Below are positions 1 through 7,535 of a stretch of 31,938 nt of DNA, in pieces. The position numbers and the translations under genes are program-made. The notes beneath the pieces are model-generated. The model saw nothing but the letters and a program-made list of their open reading frames with translations, did not search any database and was not told the origin of the DNA. The DNA lies in contig JBBRJC010000001.1 in the NCBI GenBank assembly GCA_038220135.1, positions 1-31,938 on the forward strand, in the 5' to 3' direction. The DNA comes from Bryobacterales bacterium. Its GTDB lineage: Bacteria > Acidobacteriota > Terriglobia > Bryobacterales > Bryobacteraceae. Numbering within the stretch: position 1 is the first letter of the stretch; each line of letters begins with the position of its first letter.

Positions 1-165
1 CGCGGGTGGATTTACTACAACGAATTCTCCATCTGGGCAATGCTGTTCATGACGCTCAGCGGGCTTTATTTATGGCTGGCTAGCAGGCCTGGGTGGCACT
101 GGGCACAAGCCGCATTTGCCGGAGGGCTGGCGCTGTTTGGCGGGCTCTATTGGATGGTGCGATGA
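1..165 (+). CDS. C-terminal fragment of a PepSY-associated TM-helix membrane protein (5' truncated by window edge)
   Basis: Frame 1 is open from base 1: RGWIYYNEFSIWAMLFMTLSGLYLWLASRPGWHWAQAAFAGGLALFGGLYWMVR*. The 'SGLYLW' helix is typical of PepSY-TM proteins. TGA 163-165 overlaps the next ATG (ATGA). Confidence 0.65.
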   Translation, partial: RGWIYYNEFSIWAMLFMTLSGLYLWLASRPGWHWAQAAFAGGLALFGGLYWMVR

Positions 166-725
166 CACTGCGCAACATTCATTTACTACTTGGGTTGTTT
201 GTGAGCAGCTTCGTGTTGATGTATGCGTTGAGTTCCATGCAGATGTCTCACAATTCCTGGTTTTCTGTGAAGCCCGCTGTGGAAGAATCGCAGTTTATGG
301 TGACGACGGGTCTGGAGGCACGGGCAGTCGCACGGCTGCTGATGGAGCAGGGGCTGCGCGGAGAGATTGCGCAAGTTCAGCCATCGAAGGCACCGGTGAA
401 GTTTCGGATGCAACGGCCAGGAACAGTCTATGAGGTGGTCTACGATGCCCAATCAGGCGAAACGAAGGTGAAAACCAGCACAGCGGGTTTTGCAGGCATG
501 CTCAACCGGCTGCATCACATCAGCGGGTTTTGGCATGAGTATGGATTGATCAACTGGTGGGCCGGAGCGCTGCTGTTTACGTCAATGGCACTCATGGCGC
601 TGGCGCTAACGGGCATCTACTTGTGGTTCAGAATTTATAAAGAGCGTATGGTTGGAGCAATTCTGTTGGCACTTAGTTTGGGATACGGACTGGGTTTGAT
701 TGTGATGATGCGGAGTGCCGGATAA
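162..725 (+). CDS. PepSY-associated TM-helix domain protein
   Basis: ATG at 162 is coupled to the upstream stop, so it is preferred over the ORF-track start at 93. Motifs: 'IHLLLGL', 'LNRLHH', 'ALTGIYLW', plus several hydrophobic helices. Confidence 0.7.
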   Translation: MTLRNIHLLLGLFVSSFVLMYALSSMQMSHNSWFSVKPAVEESQFMVTTGLEARAVARLLMEQGLRGEIAQVQPSKAPVKFRMQRPGTVYEVVYDAQSGETKVKTSTAGFAGMLNRLHHISGFWHEYGLINWWAGALLFTSMALMALALTGIYLWFRIYKERMVGAILLALSLGYGLGLIVMMRSAG

Positions 726-1253
726 CGGGATTTGACACCCACTCAAATGCTGCCGTCGGCACTGCTCTGACAATATTTCCATTCGCATGGCTTGCACCAA
801 TATCGCCGATTGGGAGACCGGCCCCAACGGTAATTGTGTGAAGCAGTTCTTCGAGCCGGCGCGGCGGAGGCGATCTTTGAAAATTCGCCATCCAAATTTA
901 TTTCGATATCTTCTGATACTTTTGCCGGAACCTTCGCAACAATTGCGTTTCCTGATAGCGCACGCCGTTATATCGTTGCACAGCACCGGATCTGGAGGTC
1001 GCTGACCCAAACCGTGTGACTGGCCGTCATACTGGCGCTGCGTTTGGGTAGCGGGCTTGGTTGGGATGATACAAGTCCCGGATGGAGGCGTGAGCAACGT
1101 TTCATGATAAGGTGGCACGCCGTTATATCGTTGCACCGTGCCCAGACCCGCATTGTATGCTGCCAAAGCTTTGTGCACCTGAGCAGTGCGTCACTGACAG
1201 AAAACCATGTGGCAGCGCCGTCATGTTGGCAATTCCCGAAATGGAGGCGTGTG

Positions 1254-1395
1254 CTACTTTGATAGCTTCTGATACTTGGCCAGAATCTTTTCAACGTACA
1301 GTTGCGTTTCATGATACGATGGCACGCCGTTATATCGTTGCACAGCGCTCAGACCCGCATTGTATGCTGCCAAAGCTTTGCGCCCCGGATCAGGA
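1254..1395 (-). pseudogene. Detached copy C of the transglycosylase 3' end, reading frame intact
   Basis: Encodes [42 protein letters not shown]. It has 10 substitutions and no indel relative to 1882-2023. Confidence 0.85.
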
Positions 1396-1494
1396 GGCCG
1401 CTGACAAAAACCGTGTGGCAGGGCCGTCATATTGGCGCTGCGTGTGGGTATCGGGCTTGGTTGGGATGATATTAGTCCCGGATGGAGGCGTGTG

Positions 1495-1635
1495 CTACTT
1501 CGATATCTTCTGATACTTCGCCAGAATCTTTTCAACGTACAATTGCGTTTCAAGATACGGTGGCACGCCGTTATATCTTGCACGGCGCCCAGACCCACCT
1601 TGTATGCTGCCAAGGCTTTGCGCACCTGATCAGGA
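1495..1635 (-). pseudogene. Detached copy D of the transglycosylase 3' end, with a 1-nt deletion
   Basis: 7 substitutions plus one deleted base (TATATC-TTG vs TATACCGTTG) relative to 1882-2023. Confidence 0.85.
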
Positions 1636-1881
1636 AGTCGTAGACAAAACCGTGAATTGGGCTTGGTTCGAATGATACAAGTCCCGGATCTTCGGCGCTC
1701 GCGAGAAATTATTCGGTTATGCTCACGAGAAACGACCCACCAGCCCGGCGTGGCCGGGGATGATAACGTCTTGCCCACCTATGCCTTACTGGCCAAGGGG
1801 CGCCTCCTGGGCTGGTCAACTCTAATTGAGCACAAGTGGTCAAGTTTTGGTGAGCGCCGAGGTCCCGGATGGAGGCGTGAG

Positions 1882-2535
1882 CTACTTCGATAGCTTCTGA
1901 TACTTCGCCAGAATCTTTTCAACGTATAGTTGCGTTTCAAGATACGGTGGCACGCCGTTATACCGTTGCACAGCGCCCAGACCCGCATTGTATGCTGCCA
2001 AGGCTTTGCGCACCTGATCAGGATCGTCTTTGAAACGCACAAGCAGTTCAGTCAACATGCGCGTGCCAGCATCCACATTTTGCGATGGATCGTGTGGGTT
2101 CGCGCCCAAGCCTTTTGCCGTTGCCGGCATCAGTTGCATCAAACCAATTGCACCCTTGGGGGACAGCGCGTCTTCCTGATACGCCGATTCAGCTTGCACC
2201 ACCGAATGCAGGAAAGCCGCTGGAATGCCGTAACGATCTGCAGCCTGATCAATCAACTCGCGCGCGGTCGCCTTCGGCTTTGGAGCAGCTTCGGCTACAA
2301 CTGCAACCGGAGCAGGAAGTGCGGGGGCCGCTTCCTCCACCTCAAAGCCTACAATTTCAGAAGCAGGTAAAGTCATTCGCCCAGTGGCGGTTTCCAGTTG
2401 CACCACATCCCCTTCTAATTGATGGCCTAAGCAGCGGATGCGGAATCCATTTTTCAGCAATGCCTGCTCCGCCCCGCAAAGTGGAAGGCAACAAATACCA
2501 AGAAATATTAGGCAACGCAGCAGCACTACAATCAA
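1882..2535 (-). CDS. Soluble lytic transglycosylase (SLT domain), secreted
   Basis: Motifs: catalytic 'QAES', 'GAIGLMQLMP', 'ALAAYNAG', '[10 protein letters not shown]'; hydrophobic signal peptide. The start is probably TTG 2535 or GTG 2526; the ORF-track ATG at 2580 would leave only 14 bp to the divergent thrC. Confidence 0.92.
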   Translation of the reverse strand: MIVVLLRCLIFLGICCLPLCGAEQALLKNGFRIRCLGHQLEGDVVQLETATGRMTLPASEIVGFEVEEAAPALPAPVAVVAEAAPKPKATARELIDQAADRYGIPAAFLHSVVQAESAYQEDALSPKGAIGLMQLMPATAKGLGANPHDPSQNVDAGTRMLTELLVRFKDDPDQVRKALAAYNAGLGAVQRYNGVPPYLETQLYVEKILAKYQKLSK

Positions 2536-2594
2536 TGACGATAGTTTCGCACACTCCGTGCAGGCCGATTTCGCTATCATAATGGTTCGTTCCC

Positions 2595-3773
2595 ATGACT
2601 ACCATAACCCACTTGGAATGCTCGGTTACCGGCGAGAAGTACGAAGCAGGCAAACTGCACAATCTGTCGAAAGATGGCTGGCCCCTACTGGTCCGCTACG
2701 ACTTGAAAAAGGTGCGTGACAACTGGAACCGTGATTGGCTGGCCAACGGCCCGCGCAGCATGTGGCGCTATGCACCGGTACTGCCGGTGGCGAAAGCAAA
2801 CTCAATCATTTCGTTGGGTGAGGGCTGGACGCCGCTATTGAAGCTGAACCGTTTGGGACCGCAGTTGGGCATGACCGACCTGTGGTTGAAGGACGAAGGC
2901 ATTAACCCAACCGGTTCGTTCAAGGCACGCGGGCTATCGTGCTGCATTTCCATGTGTGTTGAGTTGGGCGTAAAAAAAGTGGCGATCCCATCGGCTGGGA
3001 ACGCGGCGAGCGCGATGGCGGCCTACGCTGCTGCGGCCGGACTTGAAGCACATATTTTTATGCCTCAAGATGTGCCGCAAGCTAATTTTATCGAGTGCAA
3101 AGCATTTGGTGCGAACGTAACGCTGGTGGACGGATTGATCAGTGATTGCGCAAAAATCGTTGGCGCACGGAAGGATGAAGAAGGCTGGTTCGATGTTTCT
3201 ACGCTAAAAGAGCCCTATCGAATTGAAGGCAAGAAAACTATGGGATATGAGTTGGCCGAACAAATGCGCTGGCAGTTACCTGATGTGATTTTCTATCCCA
3301 CCGGCGGCGGCGTCGGCATCATCGGCATGTGGAAAGCGTTTGATGAGTTGGAAGAGATTGGGTGGATCGGGCCAAAGCGTCCGAAGATGATTGCCGTACA
3401 GGTGGATGGATGCCAGCCAGTGGTGCGTGCCTTCCAAAAAGGCGCCGAGCGCAGTGAATTTTGGGACAATGCCGAAACTTGCGCGAGCGGCCTGCGTGTG
3501 CCCAAGCCATTGGGCGATTTCCTGATTCTGAAAGCAGTGCGTGATTCCGGCGGAACAGCAATTGCGGTGAGTGACGACGAACTACTGGATGCTGGCATTC
3601 GACTGGCTGCAATGGAGGGTCAATTCATTGCCCCCGAAGGCGCGGCTTGTATGGCGGCATTGGAAAAATTGCTGGCTAGTGGATTCCTGAAGCCTACTGA
3701 AAAAATGGTGATTTACAACACAGGTGCTGGTTTGAAGTATTTGGAAGCATATTCCACGCGGTTTCCGCGTTAG
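2595..3773 (+). CDS. thrC: Threonine synthase (PLP fold type II)
   Basis: Motifs: 'SMWRY', 'SLGEGWTPL', 'KDEGINPTGSFKARG' (PLP lysine), 'SAGNA', 'YPTGGG', 'PEGAA'. Confidence 0.9.
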   Translation: MTTITHLECSVTGEKYEAGKLHNLSKDGWPLLVRYDLKKVRDNWNRDWLANGPRSMWRYAPVLPVAKANSIISLGEGWTPLLKLNRLGPQLGMTDLWLKDEGINPTGSFKARGLSCCISMCVELGVKKVAIPSAGNAASAMAAYAAAAGLEAHIFMPQDVPQANFIECKAFGANVTLVDGLISDCAKIVGARKDEEGWFDVSTLKEPYRIEGKKTMGYELAEQMRWQLPDVIFYPTGGGVGIIGMWKAFDELEEIGWIGPKRPKMIAVQVDGCQPVVRAFQKGAERSEFWDNAETCASGLRVPKPLGDFLILKAVRDSGGTAIAVSDDELLDAGIRLAAMEGQFIAPEGAACMAALEKLLASGFLKPTEKMVIYNTGAGLKYLEAYSTRFPR

Positions 3774-4726
3774 GAATCTTCCACAAGATCCAGCACGCCT
3801 TCAATCGTACCCGGCGCGTTTCCCTCCAGGCGATTGTTGACGAACAGATAAGTCTTTTGCCGCTGCGTAAGGGCTCGTTTAACCAGCCCAGCGACGGCTT
3901 CTCGCGCCGCAGGATTCGGTTCCTGCACAGCTTGGTATGGGGCAAACTTTTCGACAGCCTCTTCGTAGGGGCGGTTGCGCTTCAGCAGTGCTCGGGCTAC
4001 TGTAAAATCGGTCGTAAACGCGCCGGGCATGGCGATTTGCGTGCTTAGTTCCGGCATCCGCGTCCAGGCATTGAATACGTGCGCAACGCCGTGGTTTTTG
4101 AGACATTCAAAATACGGCAGGCCGAGAAATTCGGGGTTGCGAATCTCCACCCCATAACGGAATCCTTGCGGCAGGCAAGCCAGAAAGGCATCAAGCAGGT
4201 CGATGAATTGATCAGCGCCCTCCATGGCAGCTTTCGGGAAAGTGCCGAATTCAAACATTACCACCGCCGTGCGGTCGCGGTATTGCTCGAGCGGTGCCAG
4301 AAACATCTCACGCAACAGTTCAGCATTGAGAAACTGATCGTTGGCAAGACCTGCCCGGGGGCCGTATCGCGCATGCGTGGGAAACTGTTTCACCGTAATC
4401 TCTTCAGGCACTTTGAATGCGAACTGCAATTTCTGGGGTGCGGAACTGAATAGCTTTTGCCAAAACACCGGACTAGGGAATTGATAGAAGGAAAAATCGC
4501 CGCAGACAATGGGAAAGGTGTCGGCATATTCGGCAAGGCAGGTTTCCTCAAATTTCTTCTGCGAAAACTTGCCCCGAGTCAGGTAATTTTCCTCGTGATA
4601 GATCCTCCCCATCCAGCCCGGGTATTTCCAGGAACTGGTTCCCATAAGCACATTCTGACGGGCGAGGGCTTCGAGCGCGGTGGCAAGACGCGAAGGAGGT
4701 TCAGCAAACAGGGATAGCGTTGACAT
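3770..4726 (-). CDS. DUF72 (YecE-like TIM-barrel) protein
   Basis: Motifs: 'MGTSSWKYPGW', 'SFYQFP', 'FAFKVP', 'EFG', 'VEIRN', 'VNNRLEGNAP'. ATG 4726 is chosen because the longer ORF overlaps lexA. Confidence 0.88.
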   Translation of the reverse strand: MSTLSLFAEPPSRLATALEALARQNVLMGTSSWKYPGWMGRIYHEENYLTRGKFSQKKFEETCLAEYADTFPIVCGDFSFYQFPSPVFWQKLFSSAPQKLQFAFKVPEEITVKQFPTHARYGPRAGLANDQFLNAELLREMFLAPLEQYRDRTAVVMFEFGTFPKAAMEGADQFIDLLDAFLACLPQGFRYGVEIRNPEFLGLPYFECLKNHGVAHVFNAWTRMPELSTQIAMPGAFTTDFTVARALLKRNRPYEEAVEKFAPYQAVQEPNPAAREAVAGLVKRALTQRQKTYLFVNNRLEGNAPGTIEGVLDLVEDS

Positions 4727-4738
4727 AGTGGTGCGATC

Positions 4739-4756
4739 AGTGTAAGAGTTTATACT
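4739..4756. promoter_or_regulatory. Imperfect palindrome AGTGTAA-N4-TTATACT, candidate LexA operator in the 33-bp DUF72/lexA divergent region
   Basis: 6 of 7 positions pair across a 4-nt spacer. It ends 3 nt before the lexA ATG. Operator function is inferred from the known autoregulation of lexA. Confidence 0.5.
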
Positions 4757-4759
4757 AGT

Positions 4760-5365
4760 ATGCTTACCGAGCGTCAGCAAGCCTTCTACGACTTTATCGT
4801 GGATTTCCGCCGCGAGCACGGATGTTCACCATCCATTCCGGAAATGCAAAAGAAGTTCTCCATTGCCAGCCCTAACGGGGTTACTGGGCATTTACAAGCT
4901 CTTGAAGCGAAGGGTTTCATCAGGCGGGCGCAACGAGGCTCGCGACAAATCGACTTAACCAGCGCCACGGCGCAGCCCCTATCGTTGCCATTATACGGTC
5001 AAATCCCGGCCGGTCCGCCGCAACATTACGCCGCCTCGAGACCCGAAAGCTGGATGAGTATTGACGAGCAAACACTGGGATTTAAGCCTAAGGTAGGCTG
5101 TTTTGCCCTTACCGTGCGCGGGGATTCGATGAAAGATGCGGGTATCCTAAATGGCGATACCGTGATTATTGAGCCGAACCCTTCGCCCGATCCCGGGCGC
5201 ATTGTTGTCGCCCTGATCGACGGGGAAAGCACGTTGAAACGTTTGGTGCAGGTTAAAGGAAAGTGGTTCTTGAAATCCGAAAATACTGCGTACCCTGAGT
5301 TGATTCCGCGTTCAGAACTGGTGATTCAGGGTGTCGCCCGCACGGTGATTCGACGACTGGATTAA
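4760..5365 (+). CDS. lexA: LexA SOS repressor (wHTH + S24 peptidase)
   Basis: N-terminal 'LTERQ...SPS..E...SPNGVTGHLQALEAKGFI'. Ala-Gly cleavage site in 'GQIPAGPP'. Catalytic Ser in 'GDSM' and Lys in 'TLKR'. Confidence 0.95.
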   Translation: MLTERQQAFYDFIVDFRREHGCSPSIPEMQKKFSIASPNGVTGHLQALEAKGFIRRAQRGSRQIDLTSATAQPLSLPLYGQIPAGPPQHYAASRPESWMSIDEQTLGFKPKVGCFALTVRGDSMKDAGILNGDTVIIEPNPSPDPGRIVVALIDGESTLKRLVQVKGKWFLKSENTAYPELIPRSELVIQGVARTVIRRLD

Positions 5366-5369
5366 ATTA

Positions 5370-5623
5370 GAGCTTGTCCCATTTGCCGGTATTTTCAAGA
5401 AACTATTCCGCGCGAAAATTATCGCGTTTAAAACGAAGTTGGTCCAAGTTGCCGCCTCTTGGCCTGGACTGGGAGAACCTCGCCTAATGGTTTAAGTTCA
5501 TGAAATGAAACATCAAAATGAGGCGTTTGGGCCATTTTGGGGCAATAAGGCCATCTATGATGGAGTCGGAAATTGCTTTGAAACCCTGTGTTTATTGGCG
5601 ATTTTTAGCTATGGGACAAGCTC
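5370..5623. mobile_element. 254-bp non-autonomous MITE-like element with 13-bp perfect terminal inverted repeats and TA target duplication
   Basis: GAGCTTGTCCCAT (5370-5382) and ATGGGACAAGCTC (5611-5623) are exact reverse complements. Both ends are flanked by TA (5368-69, 5624-25). No transposase ORF lies inside. Confidence 0.75.
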
Positions 5624-6009
5624 TAGCTAGCCGGGCTTAGTATCTTTGTGACCATCTCAGAGAGTACGCGGGGAACGAACGGCTTTTGCAGAAACCAAAC
5701 GTTAGCCTGCAATCCTGGCGCCAGCGTCTCCACAGCGAATGGATATCCGCTGTAGAGCAGTACCGGAAAACCAAAACCATCCTGGCGCAATTTTCCCAGT
5801 AAATCGACTCCTGTCATCCCATCGGACAAGTTCAGATCGATAATTGCCAAATCTACGACTGGTGCACTTACAACCGGAACGGTCAAAAGCTCCAAGGCAT
5901 ATTCCGCACTTGGAGCAAGTTTGACAGCGTATCCGGATCGGGTAAGGTATCGATCCAGCAAATCAAGCAGTGACTGCTCGTTTTCTACTAACAGTAGACG
6001 ATTCGCCAT
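5623..6009 (-). CDS. Single-domain response regulator (CheY-like receiver)
   Basis: Motifs: 'LLLVENE', phospho-acceptor in 'LAIIDLNLSDG', 'LLYSG', 'FLQKPF'. No output domain. Confidence 0.88.
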   Translation of the reverse strand: MANRLLLVENEQSLLDLLDRYLTRSGYAVKLAPSAEYALELLTVPVVSAPVVDLAIIDLNLSDGMTGVDLLGKLRQDGFGFPVLLYSGYPFAVETLAPGLQANVWFLQKPFVPRVLSEMVTKILSPAS

Positions 6010-6012
6010 GAC

Positions 6013-7362
6013 CTACCACAGAGAGAGCGGAATGGAACCGGGGCTAAAACCAACTCCGAAGGATAAACGGAAACCATCGCGGTTTAGCGCAGTCAAGTCA
6101 CCCTGTTCAAAATGGCGGTGATCAGCGCGAACAAAGGCGTGAGCGTGCAGGAAATTCAATTGGCGGGTTACCCCACCACCAAGCAGAAGCGACTTGTATG
6201 TCTGCAAACTACGAGTCAGACTGCCGTATTGCGTATAACCAACGTTCACACCAAAATTCCAAACGCGTTCGGCAGTATGGCTGACCGTGACGGATCCTGT
6301 GGATTGACGGCTCGTCAGGAAGATTCCGTTTCCAGGACTGACACCCTGAGAAGCCCCGACGACGACAAAGGTCTGCCTGTGTCTATATTCCAGTGACCCG
6401 GAATAGCCTGGAATATAGTTGACGCGGTAGAAAGCTTCGGTACCAGAGGAGCGACCCAAAAGCAGGGCAATCAGTGGATCAAGTTGAACACGGACACTGC
6501 CCAAACTCTCCAGACGATAAGCGGAAACGCCGAACTTTGCGGTCCAGTCGCGAGTTAATCTTCGGGAAACGTTAACGGAAGCGCTATGAATGTCAGTGGC
6601 GCCGAATGTTCCCCGGAACTGAAAATGATTGAATTGGTAACCGCCGCCAATACTGGTCGATTTATTGATCAGATAGCTGACACTGCCGTCTCCAGTAAAA
6701 CCATTTAATTCAGCCAGTCCACGATTGGCGCGACGTGTCACAAGGCCCGAACCACCGAATCTGGCGGAAAGACGCTGAGATTTCATGTAGGACAAGTGCC
6801 CGGAAACTTCGCCGTAATTCGCTCTCGAATTGAGCACTTCGTTATTAGGAACGTTCAGGAAGTTCGTATCGAAAGGGACGTAGGACTGCAGCGCGCCAAG
6901 TACGCGATTGGTTGTTCCGGCCGCGATTTCACTACTGAAGTACCAGGAACGATTGAATTGATGATTGGCTGCCAGCGAAAGTGCCACATTTGACCCGTTT
7001 ATAGCCCCATTCGATGCATAGTTGACGTAATCCCCACGCAAATTCACGCCGATGGAATCGCGCTTCCAGACCTTGGTGCCATAAACACCAAATGCGCCTT
7101 CAACACCGTAGGAAGGCTTGGTTTCGTACACACCTGCGCTGTTCACCCTCGACACTGCGTTGCTATCGTAGGCGGAGCTAATACTGGCAAACGGGCGAAT
7201 TCCTTGAGCACCACGCCCAATCCTGTCTCCACTTCCGCCACCACCCATCGTTGCACCGGAACCAAAACCAGAGAATTGCGCCCAACTCATCGGAGCCGCT
7301 ATTAACATCATCCATCCAATCAGTAGTCGCAAAGGTCCTCCAAAAATCCGCTCTCTATGCAT
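6013..7362 (-). CDS. Outer-membrane beta-barrel protein, probably polysaccharide-export associated
   Basis: Signal peptide ending in SWA|QF, many amphipathic beta-strands, C-terminal 'FRLSFGVGFSPG...LW', and location in the cluster with OPX/PCP/BY-kinase genes. Start at 7362 or 7383. Confidence 0.7.
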   Translation of the reverse strand: MHRERIFGGPLRLLIGWMMLIAAPMSWAQFSGFGSGATMGGGGSGDRIGRGAQGIRPFASISSAYDSNAVSRVNSAGVYETKPSYGVEGAFGVYGTKVWKRDSIGVNLRGDYVNYASNGAINGSNVALSLAANHQFNRSWYFSSEIAAGTTNRVLGALQSYVPFDTNFLNVPNNEVLNSRANYGEVSGHLSYMKSQRLSARFGGSGLVTRRANRGLAELNGFTGDGSVSYLINKSTSIGGGYQFNHFQFRGTFGATDIHSASVNVSRRLTRDWTAKFGVSAYRLESLGSVRVQLDPLIALLLGRSSGTEAFYRVNYIPGYSGSLEYRHRQTFVVVGASQGVSPGNGIFLTSRQSTGSVTVSHTAERVWNFGVNVGYTQYGSLTRSLQTYKSLLLGGGVTRQLNFLHAHAFVRADHRHFEQGDLTALNRDGFRLSFGVGFSPGSIPLSLW

Positions 7363-7535
7363 ATCGGCATCTGCTGCCTGCAACTTTAAGGCAAACTACG
7401 TATTACTATGAACAGATTTCATATGACGGAAATCTTCTTCCGGCCATAAGAAAACTGGACATACTTCAGTTAGTCTACCAGAGGTACTGAGCGGACTATA
7501 ACTGTTTCTATTTGGTAGTAGTACGCAGCAAACGA

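Larger units (their letters stand above)
898..2023 (-). repeat. Degenerate tandem array: four copies of the 3' ~142 bp of the lytic transglycosylase gene (A 898-996, B 1095-1186, C 1254-1395, D 1495-1635; intact tail 1882-2023) separated by a related ~70-100 bp spacer
   Basis: Direct alignment by eye. CACGCCGTTATA recurs at 961, 1116, 1323, 1564 and 1951. GTCCCGGAT recurs at 1075, 1475, 1681 and 1862. The C-to-D period is 241 bp. Confidence 0.95.

Noticed and set aside
898-1881. CRISPR array interpretation of the repeats
   Set aside because: The units are ~140-240 bp, derive from the adjacent CDS, and the spacers are homologous to each other. No cas genes are present.
606-1893. ORF-track proteins across the array (e.g. 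606-1178, 968-1312, 1112-1513, 1254-1778)
   Set aside because: They are chimeric read-throughs of repeat copies and spacers, with no RBS or coherent domain beyond the duplicated SLT tail.
1254-2023. Diversity-generating retroelement template/variable repeat pair
   Set aside because: Substitutions are not adenine-specific (G>A, C>T, G>C, T>A and others occur), there are indels, and no reverse transcriptase is in the window.
4727-4819. N-terminal extension of the DUF72 ORF overlapping lexA
   Set aside because: It overlaps lexA on the opposite strand, and the family-like sequence starts after Met 4726.
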